DNA of 64,000 nt, from contig CAVUXE010000058.1 of NCBI GenBank assembly GCA_963745235.1, positions 96,001 to 160,000 on the forward strand, read 5' to 3'. Shown piece by piece: positions 13,435 to 25,446 of the stretch. The notes under the pieces are model-generated. The model did not search any database, was not told the origin of the DNA, and was given only the letters and a program-made list of their open reading frames with translations. This DNA comes from an uncultured Spirochaetota bacterium (GTDB lineage Bacteria > Spirochaetota > Spirochaetia > SZUA-6 > Fen-1364). The position numbers and the translations under genes were made by a program. Each line of letters opens with the position of its first letter. Positions within the stretch are counted from its first letter, which is position 1.

Positions 13435-16169
13435 TGTGCGCCTCCTCGGATCCCCGTCACGCGCACGTGGGCCGGCAGCTCCCTGATAGGCATCCCGGGC
13501 ACTCCCCAGGGAACGCTCGCCACTCCCGGAGGCAGGTCCCGCACTACGACGGGGAGCGTTGCGGAGACCGTCTCCCCCTGGCCGTCCCGAATTGCCACCT
13601 GCGCCCGTTGCCCTTCGGCAAGCCCCAGCGCCGCGGCGTCTGCCGCGCAAACAGCAATGCAGGGAGCCGGCGTCCGCGATGCGATCCCCCGGGAAAGCAC
13701 CGACAGCTCCTCCGAGCCGAATACATGGTGCCGGGCGACAAGGAGAAGCTGTCCCGGCGCGCCGGCGGCGCTTGGCGGGGGAGGGGAGAAATAGCTTCCC
13801 CCGGCCTGGGCCGGCGGCTCAACCAGGCGCAGGCCGGGATCTCCGCCGCGCAAAGGACCGCCCACTTCGATCTGGAACTTGTTGAGAGACTGGTCCGAGT
13901 TCCACCCCGGGGACCAGAACCTCGGGATGAGACTCGATGGCGGCTGCGTGAGGCGCCCTTCCATGGTGAATGCAAGGGGGGAGCTCACGTCCTGCGCGGG
14001 CTTGGGCTCGTGGAGGTTGATATTCGCGGTGACTGCCGTTCGGCCGGTCTCCCGGTGGCTCTTTCGGGGGATGGCCTGGCCGACCATTCGGAAGCTCGCC
14101 TGCGGCGCGGCTTCCCGGACCTTCGCAAGCTCGGGCAGCTTTGCGGCGATCTCGGAAAGGAGGGCGTCAAGGTTCTCCCAGGCACCGGGGCGCTGCCCGG
14201 CGGCGGAGGCAAGCTCTCCCAGCCACATCCACGCATCCCTGGCCGGCTCGGTGGGCGGAAAGACGGCAAAGAACCGCTGCGCCCGGCCCTCCAGAGACAC
14301 AAGCGTCCCGCTGGATTCGGCGTATGTAGTAGACGGAAGGAGGATTTCGGATCTTTCCGTAGTCGGGTTGGCGGTGTGATCGAGGGTTATCACGTGCGCC
14401 GCGCCGGCCAGGAGAGAACCGGCAGTGGCCGCGTCAACCTCGCGGAAGAGGTCGTTCTCCGCCACAACAAGCGTGACGCCTGCTGATTCACGGACTGCCT
14501 TGCGGGCGGACTCGATGCCGCCGCGGGCCATCATTGCCACGGCAAAGCTGTTGGCTTCGGGAAAGACCATGCTCATCCGCGGGCTCTTGCCGGCGGCCTT
14601 GAGGGCGCGGCAGAGGTTTGCGGATGCCTGGATGATCTCGGGGCTGCCCAGGCTGCACCCGCTGACCACGAGGGGCTTCTCAGAGAGCATGAAAGCGCGT
14701 GCAACCCGCTGGGCAAGCAGGCGCGTTTCGTCGCTTATGCCGTCCACGGCGGGGGCCGCGCGGTCTATCTCGTGGGCCACGGCAAACCCAAGGCGCGCAA
14801 TCTCCCGGGGCGCGGCGTGGAAGCTTTCGGCGGCAACGCTGTCCAGCTCCGTGGGCTCCACCGTCGCAACAAAGAACGGGCCTCTCTTGTCATGCGTCGC
14901 TTCGCGGAGCGCAGCATCTTCCCACCTGTTGATGCGCTTCTGCTTCATGGCCGTAGCAACCGGAACGTTCGCGGCGGCCTGTCTGAGGGTGAGGGCAAGG
15001 ATGGGGGCCGTGTTCCACACGTCCTCTCCGAGCACCATCACGGCGTCTGAGGCGCCGGCATCCCGCAAGGAGGCGCTGGGCGCCGGGCCGTCCACCAGGC
15101 TCTCCAGCATCCGGCGCAGGAGGTCAAACCTGGAGTCGCTTGACCCCGCGTAGAAGTTCTGCGGTCCCACCAGCTCCCGAAGGGCGAAATTGGTCTCAAC
15201 CGAAGCCCGGGCGGAACCGATCCCGATCAGCCGCCCGCTCTTCACCGCCTGCGCCGCCTGGGTGAACGCCTCAGCCGGCGCGGCCGCCGTGAGCGCGCCC
15301 CCCGCGCGGACCATGGCCTGCCTGATCCGGAGCGTTCCGTTCACGAACTCGTATCCGTAGCGGCCGCGGTCACAGAGGAAGTATCCGTTGACCTCGCCGT
15401 TGTACCGTGTGCGCACGCGCCGCAGCATTCCGTAGCGCTCGCCGGGGATGGTGTTGCAACCCACCGCGCACAGCGTGCAGACCGAGGGTGCCGTCTGCAG
15501 GTCCCATTTGCGCGTGTAATGCTCGCGCAGCGTCTTGTCCGTGAACACCCCCGTGGGGCAGACCTCCACGAGATTCCCGCTGAACTCGTTCTCCAGCACG
15601 CCATCCTCATGGCGTCCGAAGTAGACGTTGTCATGGGCGCCCAGGACCTCCAGGTCCCGTCCGCCTGCGAAGTCCCTGTAGAAGCGGATGCACCGGTAGC
15701 ACTGGATGCACCTGTTCATCTCATGGTTGAGAAAGGGCCCCAGGTCCTGGTTCCTGTGCGTGCGCTTTGTGAACCGGTAGCGGCGGTACGTGTGGCCGGT
15801 CATGACGGTCATGTCCTGCAGGTGACATTCCCCGCCCTCGTCGCAGATGGGGCAGTCATGGGGATGGTTCACCATGAGCCACTCTGTGACTCGTGCCCGC
15901 ATCTCCGAGGCCTCGGGATCATCCACGGCGACGCGCATCCCGTCGGTGACCGGCGTCATACAGGACATGACGATGCGTCCCCGGGTGTCGGCGGCGTCAC
16001 GGAACACCTTGACCGCGCACTGCCGGCAGGCGCCCACGGAGTGCAGCGCGGGATGCCAGCAAAAGTAGGGGAGATTGAAACCAAGGGAGAGGCACACGTG
16101 GAGGAGGTTCTTGCCCTCACCCTCCACATCGTACCTGCGTCCATCGATCGTTATGGCCAGTTGCTTCAT
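13431..16169 (-). CDS. nuoG: NADH-quinone oxidoreductase subunit G (long form with extra N7 cluster motif)
   Basis: [48 protein letters not shown]...CDRGR. Confidence 0.96.
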   Translation of the reverse strand: MKQLAITIDGRRYDVEGEGKNLLHVCLSLGFNLPYFCWHPALHSVGACRQCAVKVFRDAADTRGRIVMSCMTPVTDGMRVAVDDPEASEMRARVTEWLMVNHPHDCPICDEGGECHLQDMTVMTGHTYRRYRFTKRTHRNQDLGPFLNHEMNRCIQCYRCIRFYRDFAGGRDLEVLGAHDNVYFGRHEDGVLENEFSGNLVEVCPTGVFTDKTLREHYTRKWDLQTAPSVCTLCAVGCNTIPGERYGMLRRVRTRYNGEVNGYFLCDRGRYGYEFVNGTLRIRQAMVRAGGALTAAAPAEAFTQAAQAVKSGRLIGIGSARASVETNFALRELVGPQNFYAGSSDSRFDLLRRMLESLVDGPAPSASLRDAGASDAVMVLGEDVWNTAPILALTLRQAAANVPVATAMKQKRINRWEDAALREATHDKRGPFFVATVEPTELDSVAAESFHAAPREIARLGFAVAHEIDRAAPAVDGISDETRLLAQRVARAFMLSEKPLVVSGCSLGSPEIIQASANLCRALKAAGKSPRMSMVFPEANSFAVAMMARGGIESARKAVRESAGVTLVVAENDLFREVDAATAGSLLAGAAHVITLDHTANPTTERSEILLPSTTYAESSGTLVSLEGRAQRFFAVFPPTEPARDAWMWLGELASAAGQRPGAWENLDALLSEIAAKLPELAKVREAAPQASFRMVGQAIPRKSHRETGRTAVTANINLHEPKPAQDVSSPLAFTMEGRLTQPPSSLIPRFWSPGWNSDQSLNKFQIEVGGPLRGGDPGLRLVEPPAQAGGSYFSPPPPSAAGAPGQLLLVARHHVFGSEELSVLSRGIASRTPAPCIAVCAADAAALGLAEGQRAQVAIRDGQGETVSATLPVVVRDLPPGVASVPWGVPGMPIRELPAHVRVTGIRGGAQ

Positions 16170-17434
16170 TTGAAGGGGCACCTCTTCTGGCGGACATGGG
16201 CGTCGAAGTCTTCGCGGAAGAGCCGCAGCGCGCTCTGCAGAGGCTCCACGGCCCCCGGGGCCAGGGCGCAGAACGTACGGCCGGGGCCGAGGAGCCTCCC
16301 GTGCTGTTCAAGAATCTCGATGTCCCGCTGCTCCCCCGTGCCATCTTCCAGGGCCTGGAGGATCCGCGCGACCCACGGAAGGCCTTCACGGCAGGGGGTG
16401 CACCATCCGCAGGACTCGCGGGCGAAGAACTTCTCCAGGCTGAGCAGCATCCCGATGGGGCAGGTGCGATGGTCCAGGACGACGACTGTGCCCGTCCCGA
16501 GCCGGCTCCCCGCCTTGGCCACGGAATCGAAATCCATTTTCACATCCAGCTGGTCCGCGGTGAGAAAATCCGTGGATGCGCCTCCCGGGATGAGGCCGCG
16601 CAGCGAGAGCCCGTCCGCCATTCCCCCGGCGTGCTCGTAGATGATCTCCCGCAGCGTCGTGCCCATGGGGAGCTCCCAGAGGCCCGGCTTCTTCACTTTG
16701 CCGCTCACACCGTATATCTTCGTTCCCGCGTCAGGAGAGGCGCTCAGCGTCTTGTACCAGTCCGGGCCCTCTCGAAGGATATGGGGGACGTTGCTCAGCG
16801 TCTCCACGTTGTTGACAACTGTCGGCCTGCCCCACAAACCGCTCACCTGGGGGAACGGCGGCTTGTTGCGCGGTATTGCGCGCCGTCCCTCCAGCGCATT
16901 CAGAAGCCCTGTTTCCTCACCGCACATGTACCTGCCGGCGCTCAGGTGCAGCCGCATCTCCAGGCCCCATGAGGAGCCCAGGATTCCTTTTCCGAGGTAG
17001 CCGCGCTGGTACGCTTCCGCAATGGCTTTCTCAATGTTTCTGGCCGCTGCTGTATATTCGCGCCGCAGGAAGATGTAGGCGATGTCAGCCTTGACGGCCC
17101 ACGCGGCGATGATGGTCCCCTCGATGAGCTGATGCGTGTTGCCTTCCAGGAGGAGACGGTCCTTCATGGTGCCCGGCTCTTTCTCGTCAGCGTTGACCAC
17201 GACATAGCGGTGTCCCGCCGTGTCATCCATGGGAACGAAGCTCCACTTCTGTCCCGTGGGGAACCCCGCGCCGCCCCTGCCGCGCAGGCCGGACTTTATC
17301 ACGGTCTGCTGGACGTCCTGCGGACTTGCGCCCAGCGCCTTGCGAAGCCCCTGGTATCCGCCGGCGGCTTCATAGGCGCGCACATCCAGGTAGGAGCGGT
17401 CAGGCCGGATATCAGCCGTGAGCGGTGTGGGCAT
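16166..17434 (-). CDS. nuoF: NADH-quinone oxidoreductase subunit F
   Basis: GLRGRGGAGFPTGQKW, NADEKEPGT, YMCGEETGLL, ESCGWCTPCREG. Confidence 0.97.
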   Translation of the reverse strand: MPTPLTADIRPDRSYLDVRAYEAAGGYQGLRKALGASPQDVQQTVIKSGLRGRGGAGFPTGQKWSFVPMDDTAGHRYVVVNADEKEPGTMKDRLLLEGNTHQLIEGTIIAAWAVKADIAYIFLRREYTAAARNIEKAIAEAYQRGYLGKGILGSSWGLEMRLHLSAGRYMCGEETGLLNALEGRRAIPRNKPPFPQVSGLWGRPTVVNNVETLSNVPHILREGPDWYKTLSASPDAGTKIYGVSGKVKKPGLWELPMGTTLREIIYEHAGGMADGLSLRGLIPGGASTDFLTADQLDVKMDFDSVAKAGSRLGTGTVVVLDHRTCPIGMLLSLEKFFARESCGWCTPCREGLPWVARILQALEDGTGEQRDIEILEQHGRLLGPGRTFCALAPGAVEPLQSALRLFREDFDAHVRQKRCPFK

Positions 17435-17906
17435 CGGATTCCTTTCTGCATCTGGCAATGATCTCATCCGCCCGCTCGGGCGTGATGTCCTCATGGATCT
17501 CACCGTCCACCAGCAGGGCGGGCCCCCTGTCGCATGCGCCGAGGCAGCCGACAGGGATGAGCGTGAACATCCCGTCAGCGGTCGTGCCGCCCATCTCCAC
17601 GCCCAGGCGTGTGCGCAGGTGGTCCGAGATCCGCTGCTCTCCCATGACGAAACAGCTCACGCTGTCGCACACCATGATCACGTGCTTTCCCACGGGGCTG
17701 CGGAACACGAGGTCGTAGAAGGTCGCAATCCCGTCCACCTCCTCAACCGTCATCCCGAGCGCTTCAGCAACGTCGGATATCGCCTCGGAGGAAACCCAGC
17801 CCCGGCTTTCCTGGAGGATCATGAGCGCCTCGGAGACCGCTCCCCGTTTCTGCTCGTGGTGCCGCGTTTCCGCCTCAATGAGCTGTCTTTCCTTCTCGCT
17901 CAGCAT
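17412..17906 (-). CDS. nuoE: NADH-quinone oxidoreductase subunit E
   Basis: CDSVSC...CLGACD 2Fe-2S motif, ATFY. Confidence 0.96.
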   Translation of the reverse strand: MLSEKERQLIEAETRHHEQKRGAVSEALMILQESRGWVSSEAISDVAEALGMTVEEVDGIATFYDLVFRSPVGKHVIMVCDSVSCFVMGEQRISDHLRTRLGVEMGGTTADGMFTLIPVGCLGACDRGPALLVDGEIHEDITPERADEIIARCRKESDAHTAHG

Positions 17907-17921
17907 GTCCTTCTCATTCCC

Positions 17922-19666
17922 CTACCGGTCCAGGTCTGCGAGCACGTAGTCGATGCTCCCGAGAATGGTCACGAGATCCGGCACCGTCAGCCCGCGGCTC
18001 ATCATGGGCACCATCTGGATGTGCGCGAATGACGGCGTTCTGATGCGGGTCCGATAGCTCATGGTGCCCCCGTCGCTGACAAGATAATAGCCATGGTTTC
18101 CCTTGGATCCCTCGGTCACGAAGGTCGCTTCCCCGGGAGGTATCACGGGACCCCAGCTCACGCCGAGGAAATGATTGATGAGCGTCTCGATGTCGTGCAT
18201 CGTGCGCTCCTTGCGCGGCGGGGTGGCCAGGGGATGGTCCGACTTGTAGGGTCCGCCAGGCATGCCGGCGAGGCATTGCTCGATGATCCGCAGGCTCTGG
18301 TGCATCTCCTCCACGTGCACCGCGAGGCGGTCATAGGAGTCCCCGTGCGTTGCTGTGGGCACATCGAACTGGAACATATCGTAGCCGCCGTAGGGACGGT
18401 TCTTGCGGATGTCGTAGCTCACGCCGCTTCCCCGCAGGAACGGGCCCGTGGCGCCCCACTCCAGCGCCTCCCGGGCGCTCACCGTGCCAATCCCGACCAT
18501 GCGGGCCTTCACAATCCGGTTCTTCATGACGGAGGCGTCGTAGTCCCTCAGCCTCTTGTGCATGTAAGCGCAGAAGTCCCGCACCATGGTGTCCCAGCCG
18601 GTCGGGAGGTCCTGGGCTACCCCGCCGATTCGAAACCACGCGGGGTGCATCCGACCGCCGGTGACCGCCTCCACAATGTCGAACGCGCGCTCCCGGTCAG
18701 TGAACATCCAGAATACCATGGACATCTGGCCGAGATCCGCGGTGAAGGTGCCGAAGTAGACGAGATGGCTGATGATGCGGAAGATCTCCGCCATCATGAT
18801 CCGGATCACCTTCGCCCTGTCGGGGACCGTGATTCCCGCGAGGGTCTCGACCGCCAGGACGTAGGGGAAATTGTTCAGCACGCCGCCCAGGTAGTCGATG
18901 CGGTCAGTGTAGGGGATGTAGGTGTGCCAGCTCTGGCGTTCTCCCATTTTTTCCGCGCCGCGGTGATGGAAGCCAATCTCGGGCACGACATCCACGATCT
19001 CTTCTCCGTCCAGCTGCGTGACGAAGCGAAGGACGCCGTGCGTGGACGGGTGCTGGGGCCCGAAGTTCAGGAACATGAACTCGTGCTCCTGGCTTTCCCG
19101 CTTCATGCCCCAGTCCTCGGGACGGAACTCCATCATGGTAAGCATCCGGGCGGCGTCCTCGCTGGACATCTGGAATGGTCCCATCTCGGTTGCGCGCGCC
19201 GGGTGCTCCTTTCGCAGGGGGTGGCCCTCCCACCAGGGCGGCATCAGGATGCGGAAGAGGTGGGGATGGCCGTCGAACGTGATGCCGAACATGTCCCAGA
19301 CCTCGCGCTCGTACCAGTCCGCGTTGGAGTAAACGGTAGTCACGAGCCAACGGATGGGTGCTCGCCGGAAAGGGCAACTTTGATCCGGACGTCCTGGTTG
19401 CGCTCCAGGGACAGCAGATGGTAGACGACGGTGAAGTCGGAGGGCGGCTGGCCTTCCCGGTGCACCCGTGTCCGCTCATCAATGGCCGTGATGTCCCACA
19501 ACATCGGGTAGGCACCCTTCGGCGAGCTCTTCAGGTAGCGAAGGACAGCTGCCAGGAGCTCGGAGCTCACCCACGCGGTCGGGATGCCATCCCTCGTGGG
19601 CTGGGCAAGAACGGCCGCCTGGCCGAAGCGATCAGCGAGCTCCTGCAGCAACCCCGTTGATCGCAT
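17922..19666 (-). CDS. nuoCD: fused NADH-quinone oxidoreductase subunit C/D (frameshift near 19345)
   Basis: NuoC motifs [12 protein letters not shown] and HPLRK are contiguous with NuoD motifs [22 protein letters not shown] and RIRTPSF. Confidence 0.95.
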
Positions 19667-19696
19667 GAACTTTCCTTCACTTTCCCGAGCCGCGGG

Positions 19697-20296
19697 CTAC
19701 AGCCCGTCCGGCGATCGAAGATCCGTCTGCTTCTGCCGCTCGGGCCGCATGGCGTCCCTGAGGGACGGCTTGGCGGACCGGACGACCCCCTGCGGTCCCA
19801 CCAGCCAGGAAAGCGGCCGCTTCTCGCTGGCCACCGCTTCTCCCAGAAGCACGAGACCGCGCATGAATGCATCAGGGCTCGGCGGGCAGCCCTGTACATA
19901 GACGTCGACGGGAAGGAAAGTGTCGACTCCCTGCACGACGCTGTAGATGTCGTACATGCCCCCCGATCCCGCGCAGGAGCCCATGCAGATGACCCAGCGG
20001 GGCTCCATCATCTGCTCGTACATGTGCAGGACAAGGGGCGCCATCTTCACGAACACGGTGCCGGCAACCACCATCAGGTCCGCCTCCCGGGGGGACCCGC
20101 GGATGATTTCCGACCCGAACCGTGCGATGTCGTACTTGCTCGTGATGGAGGTTGCCATCTCCACGTAGCAGCAGGAGAGGCCGAAATTGAAGGGCCAGAT
20201 GGAGTACTTGCGGCTCCAGGCCAGGAGGTCTGCCCTGCGGGCAAGGTACAGGTCTCCGTACGTCGATGCCCGGACTCCCGCTGATTCAGCGTGCAC
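19697..20296 (-). CDS. nuoB: NADH-quinone oxidoreductase subunit B (start uncertain)
   Basis: [35 protein letters not shown]. Confidence 0.95.
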   Translation of the reverse strand: MHAESAGVRASTYGDLYLARRADLLAWSRKYSIWPFNFGLSCCYVEMATSITSKYDIARFGSEIIRGSPREADLMVVAGTVFVKMAPLVLHMYEQMMEPRWVICMGSCAGSGGMYDIYSVVQGVDTFLPVDVYVQGCPPSPDAFMRGLVLLGEAVASEKRPLSWLVGPQGVVRSAKPSLRDAMRPERQKQTDLRSPDGL

Positions 20297-20690
20297 TGCT
20301 CACCCCATGCCTTTCCCGGTGCTCGCGAAGCCTGCGCGCTCCCCAGGCGAAAGCGCCCATCCTCCACAGGTATGCAAGCCCGACCACTGTCTCGATCATG
20401 AACACGAGGATGGCCGCATAGCCCACCCAGCCCAGCTGGCGCACCGCAACAGCCCAGGCAAAGAGGAAGACAGCGGAGACGTCGAAGATGACGAAGAACA
20501 TCGATACAAGATAGAAATCCGCCGAAAAGCGAAGCCGGGCGGAACCGGTGGGCGTCACGCCGGATTCGTAGGGGTCAGCGGTCCCCTTCTGGAGGTGCCG
20601 CTCTCCCGAGAGGTGCGTCACCACCATGAGAAGCCCGACGAGCACGATCACCACGGCAAGGTAGGCAGCCAGCGACAGCAGTGCGTTCAT
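20286..20690 (-). CDS. nuoA: NADH-quinone oxidoreductase subunit A
   Basis: [18 protein letters not shown], three TM segments. First gene of the operon. Confidence 0.94.
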   Translation of the reverse strand: MNALLSLAAYLAVVIVLVGLLMVVTHLSGERHLQKGTADPYESGVTPTGSARLRFSADFYLVSMFFVIFDVSAVFLFAWAVAVRQLGWVGYAAILVFMIETVVGLAYLWRMGAFAWGARRLREHRERHGVSSAR

Positions 20691-20705
20691 TTGCTCTCCG
20701 CGCGA

Positions 20706-20769
20706 CCACGGCTTCGCCGTGGCATTCTGCGTGCGATCGACGTTCGACGATGCCACGGTGAAGCCGTGG
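20706..20769. repeat. 20-bp inverted repeat whose arms are themselves palindromes, in the nuoA leader
   Basis: CCACGGCTTCGCCGTGGCAT (20706-20725) versus ATGCCACGGTGAAGCCGTGG (20750-20769), 19/20 complementary. Confidence 0.8.
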
Positions 20770-20783
20770 CGGTAATCGCCTAA

Positions 20784-20812
20784 AATCTATTCACGCGGCG
20801 GCGCGGAGTCAA
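20784..20812 (-). promoter_or_regulatory. candidate sigma70 promoter of the nuo operon
   Basis: TTGACT-17 nt-TAGATT on the minus strand. Confidence 0.55.
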
Positions 20813-21667
20813 GGAATCGCTTGCGCAATCACGTAATCGAGGAGATCGTGAAGGCTTTTGCGGTATCTCGTATCCGGAAGGGACGCAATCCCCTCTTGCG
20901 CGCTCTGCGCGTGCCGCAGGGCTTTTGCGCGGAGGTCCACGGCGGACTCCAGCCCATGATCCTGGTCCATCACGTCATCTATCATCTGGAATGTGAGGCC
21001 GAAGTCCAGGCCAAGGCCGCTCAGCCTGGCCACCGTGTCCCCGGCCGCCTCCCCGAGCAGCGCGGCGGTCCTGCAGCATGCGGAAAAGAGGACCGCGGTC
21101 TTGTCCGTCGCTATCTCTTCGTAGAGGTCGAAAGGCAGGGGACGCGCGCTGGCCCGGGCTTCCTGGGCAATGATCTCACCCATGCACATGGCCTTGGTGG
21201 TTTCCAGGAAGACATCCAGCATCGCGAAGCGTTTGCGGGCGTCGATCCGGGAGAGACCGGTAATGAGCGTGAAGAAATGCGTGTACAGGATGTCCCCCGC
21301 CAGGACGGCTATCCTGTTGCCGAACCGTTTGTTCAGGCTCACCTGGTGACGACGAGAGTCCGCCCCGTCAATGACATCGTCATGGACCAGGGAGGCGGCG
21401 TGGAGCACTTCCACCGCCGCGGCAAGGGACACCAACGAATCGCTGTCCGCGCTGGCCCCCAGCGCGCGGTAGGACAACAGCACCATTGCCCGGTCGTATC
21501 CTCTTGCCCGGCACCGCGAAGGGGTGCTGCACGATCCCGCCGAGGATCCCGAGCCGGGTCCGGCGCGGGTCCATCTCCGAGCCGACGTGCTCCATGAGGC
21601 TTTTCAGCTCCGCATCCACCGCGTTCATGTCATCCTGAAGGGGCTCGAACACCTTGTCCAGGGTCAT
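20809..21667 (-). CDS. polyprenyl diphosphate synthase (frameshift near 21490)
   Basis: GKRIRP, first Asp-rich motif LVHDDVID..RR, second motif FQMIDDVMD. C-terminus is short. Confidence 0.88.
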
Positions 21668-22420
21668 GGGTTTGCTCCCGCCCCCCGTGGGGTGCGCCCG
21701 ATGTGCAGGTAGGCCGCGCCGAAAGTGAGCGCGTGGTAGACGACACGCTCCAGCCCCGCGGTCCTCATGAGATCACGGAGGCCCCGGGGAGCGGGGAAGC
21801 TTCGGATGGAGTCAGCCAGATACCAGTAGGCGCTGCCGTTGGTTGCCAGGAGCCGCGCGATCCGCGGCAGGACACTGCCGAGGTAGACGCCGTAGATGGC
21901 GCGAAACGCGCGGACCGGGGCGAAGGTCATCTCCAGCACCATGACCTGGCCGCCCGGGACCGTGACCCGCGCCATCTCCCGGAAGGGCCGCCAGCTTGTC
22001 TGGAATGTTTCGCATCCCGAACGCGACGGCGGTCACATCGAAGCTTTTGTCCGCGAAAGGGAGGGCAAGCGCATCCCCGCAGAGGAGCGTAACCCGGTCA
22101 CCCAGGCCTCTTGCCTGCACTTTCTTTCTGGCGATTTCGAGCATCGGCTCGGCGAAGTCAATGCCGGTGACGCGGAGGGCAGGGTATTTCCGCGCAGCCT
22201 CGAGAGCGAGGTCTGCCGTGCCTGTTGCCACGTCGAGGAATCTCCCGGGGGCGCGATGGCGCATCTTCTCCACCGTGAACCGACGCCACCCCACGTCGCG
22301 CCGCAGGCTGAGAAAGTGATTGAGGAAGTCATACCTCTCGTGCGCTGTCGTGAAGATGTCTTTCACGACGCCGGTCTGACCCGCCTGACTCATGGACCGC
22401 AGCGGTGGGTAGTTTCGCAT
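21664..22420 (-). CDS. menG: demethylmenaquinone methyltransferase UbiE/MenG (frameshift near 21985)
   Basis: YDFLNHFLS, LDVATGTAD, DALALPF.D.SFD, FGMRN, AYWYLADSI. Confidence 0.88.
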
Positions 22421-22456
22421 TGTCTCCAGCGGAATATACCAAAACCCCGTCAAATG

Positions 22457-22497
22457 AAAAGCCCCGCTCCATTCATCTACGAGGAAAGGAGCGGGGC
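22457..22497 (-). terminator. intrinsic terminator after ppdK
   Basis: GCCCCGCTCC / GGAGCGGGGC stem followed by TTTT on the minus strand. Confidence 0.65.
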
Positions 22498-22517
22498 CGG
22501 ATGTCCGACCGACCAGG

Positions 22518-25446
22518 CTATCTCTTGCGGGCAGCGGCTTTCTTGGCGGCAGCTTTCCGCGGCAGCGCGGCCTTCTTGACGGCGACTTTCCGAGCGGGCG
22601 CCTTCTTTGCAGCCGCCTTCTTCGCGGGGGCTTTCTTCGCCGGCGCCTTCGTCGCCGGTGCTTTCTTTGCCGCCGCGGCCTTTGCGGGCTTCGCTGCCGG
22701 CGCCTTCGGGGCGGAGTCAGCGACAGCCTCCTGCGCAGCGGCCAGCTTCGCGAGCGGCACGCGGTAGGGCGAGCAGGACACGTAGTTCATCCCGACCCTG
22801 TGGCAGAACTTCACGGACTCGGGGTCCCCTCCGTGCTCTCCGCAGATGCCGATTTTCAGTGTCGGCTTCACCGCGCGTCCTTTTGTGATGCCCATCTTGA
22901 TGAGCTCTCCGATCCCCTCCTGGTCCAGGGTCTGGAAGGGGTCTGCGGGAAGGATCTTCTTTTCCAGGTACTTGGGGACGAAGCTGCCGATGTCGTCTCG
23001 GGAGAACCCGAATCCCATCTGGGTCAGGTCGTTTGTCCCGAAGGAGAAGAACTCGCACACGCCGGCGAACTTGTCCGCGGTAACGGCCGCGCGGGGTATC
23101 TCTATCATGGTGCCGACAATCAGCGGCAGCTTGGACTTGGGCAGGCCGAACTTCGCGATGACCTTGTCGTAGACCCTGTCGATGAGCTTCTTCTGATCCA
23201 CGATCTCCGTCATCACGGAGGTGACAGGGATCATGATTTCCGGCCTTCGCGTTCCTGCCGGCCTGGTTGAGCTCCGCGGCCGCCTCCAGGATGGCCTGGG
23301 TCTGGACCTCCGTCATTTCGGGATACGAGATCCCGAGGCGCACACCCCTGTGGCCCATCATGGGGTTGGACTCGTGGAGGCTGTCAGCCCGGGCGTTGAA
23401 CTCCTCCGTGCTGATCCCGAGGTCCGCGGCGAGCTTCTGGCGCTCATCAAGCCGATTGGGGACGAACTCGTGCAGGGGAGGATCCAGGAACCGGAAGGTG
23501 ACGGGCAGCCCGTCCATGACCTCCATGGTCTTCTTGACGTCATCCTTCATGAAGGGGAACAGCTCCTCCAGCGCCCTGCGCCTCTCCGCTTCCGTCTTGG
23601 ACACGATCATCCTTCGCAGGAGGAAAAGCGGCTTGTCCGACCCCTCACCATAGAACATGTGCTCGAAGCGGAAAAGCCCGATCCCTTCCGCCCCGAACTC
23701 GCGGGCCCTCTTTGCGTCCTGGGGGTTGTCCGCGTTCGTGCGCACGCCCAGCCTCTTCACCTTGTCGCACATGGTCATGAAGGCGACGAAATTGGGGTTT
23801 TCCCCTGCCGCCTTGATCAGCGGGAGCGCGCCGGCGTACACGTTGCCCTTGGTCCCGTTCAGGGAGAGCCAGTCTCCTTCCCGAAGGACCGTGCCCTTCA
23901 CGGAAACCTGGCGCTTGTCCATCTCCACCTTCACCTCCGAGGCGCCGACGATGCAGCACTTGCCCCAGCCGCGCGCCACGAGGGCCGCGTGGGACGTCAT
24001 ACCGCCGCGCGCCGTGAGGATTCCTTCCGCCGCGCGCATGCCTTCCACGTCCTCCGGGTTGGTCTCTTCCCGCACGAGGATGACCTTCTTTCCCAGCTTC
24101 GCCTGGGCCACGGCGTCGTTTGCCGTGAGGACGATCTGTCCGACCGCGCCTCCGGGGCCGGCGGGAAGCCCCCTGGCCACGACCGCGGCTGACGCCTCCT
24201 TGGCGGGGTCTATGATGGGGTGGAGCAGCTCGTCCAGCTGGGAAGGGGTGATCCGTGTGACCGCCTCTTCAGCGGTGGTGAGCTTCTCCTTCACCATTTC
24301 AACTGCCATGCGCACCGCCGCAGGGCCGTTCCTCTTTCCGACCCGGCACTGCAGCATCCAGAGCTTGCCCTTTTCAATGGTGAACTCCAGGTCCAGCATG
24401 TCGTGGTAGTGCTTCTCCAGCCGCAGCTCAATGGCGTGCAGCTCGCCGTAGATCTTTGCGAACTGTTTCTCCAGGGACGGCAGGCCGGCGGTATGCTCCG
24501 TCTTTCCGGCTTCGTTGATAGGATACGGGGTTCGGATCCCCGCAACCACGTCCTCCCCCTGCGCGTTCGGCAGCCACTCTCCGTAGAATACGTTTTCCCC
24601 GGTTGCAGGGTTGCGGGTGAACGCGACGCCCGTCCCCGAGTCGTTGCCCATGTTGCCGAACACCATTGACTGCACGGTGACGGCCGTTCCCCATTCGTCG
24701 GGGATCCCCTCGATGCGGCGGTAGGAGATGGCCCGCTTCCCGTTCCAGCTCTGGAACACGGCGCGGACTCCTCCCCACAGCTGCTCTTTGGCGTCTTCCG
24801 GGAAGTCCTTGCCGAGCACTTCCCGCACCTTCGCCTTGTAGATCCTGATGAGGCTCTTGAGGTCTTCCGCGGACAGGTCAGTGTCCTGCTTCGCGCCCTT
24901 GGCATGCTTGACCTTTTCCAGCTCCCGCTCCAGCTGCTGGCGGATCCCCATGCCCTCGGCGGGTTCGATCCCTTCCGCCTTCTCCATGACGACATCGGAA
25001 TACATCTGAATGAGGCGGCGATACGCGTCGTAGACGAAACGGGGGTTGCCCGTTGCCTTGATGATCCCTTCCGCCGTCTTCTCGTTCAGGCCAACGTTGA
25101 GGACCGTCTCCATCATGCCGGGCATGGACTTGCGGGCTCCCGAGCGCACGGAGACCAGGAGAGGGTTGGAGGGGTCCCCGAACTTGTGGCCCATGATCTT
25201 TTCAATATGGGCAAGACCGGCCGCCACCTGCTGGTCCAGGCCCGCCGGGTACTTCCCTTTGTTCTGGAAGAAGTGCGTGCATACCTCCGTGGTGATCGTG
25301 AATCCTGCCGGGACGGGGAGCCGCAGGTCCGGATGGCCTGCCATTTCCGCCAGGTTGGCTCCCTTGCCGCCGAGAAGATTCTTCATCTTCTCATTGCCGT
25401 CGGCCCTCCCGCCGCCGAAGAGATAGACGTACTTCGCTGCGCTCAT
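22518..25446 (-). CDS. ppdK: pyruvate phosphate dikinase with Lys/Ala-rich C-terminal tail (frameshift near 23240)
   Basis: [32 protein letters not shown] (catalytic His), [27 protein letters not shown]. Confidence 0.96.

Noticed and set aside
22518-22720. Tandem repeat or CRISPR-like array
   Set aside because: The repetitiveness comes from AKKA codons of the PPDK tail. There is no repeat-spacer structure and no cas gene anywhere in the window.
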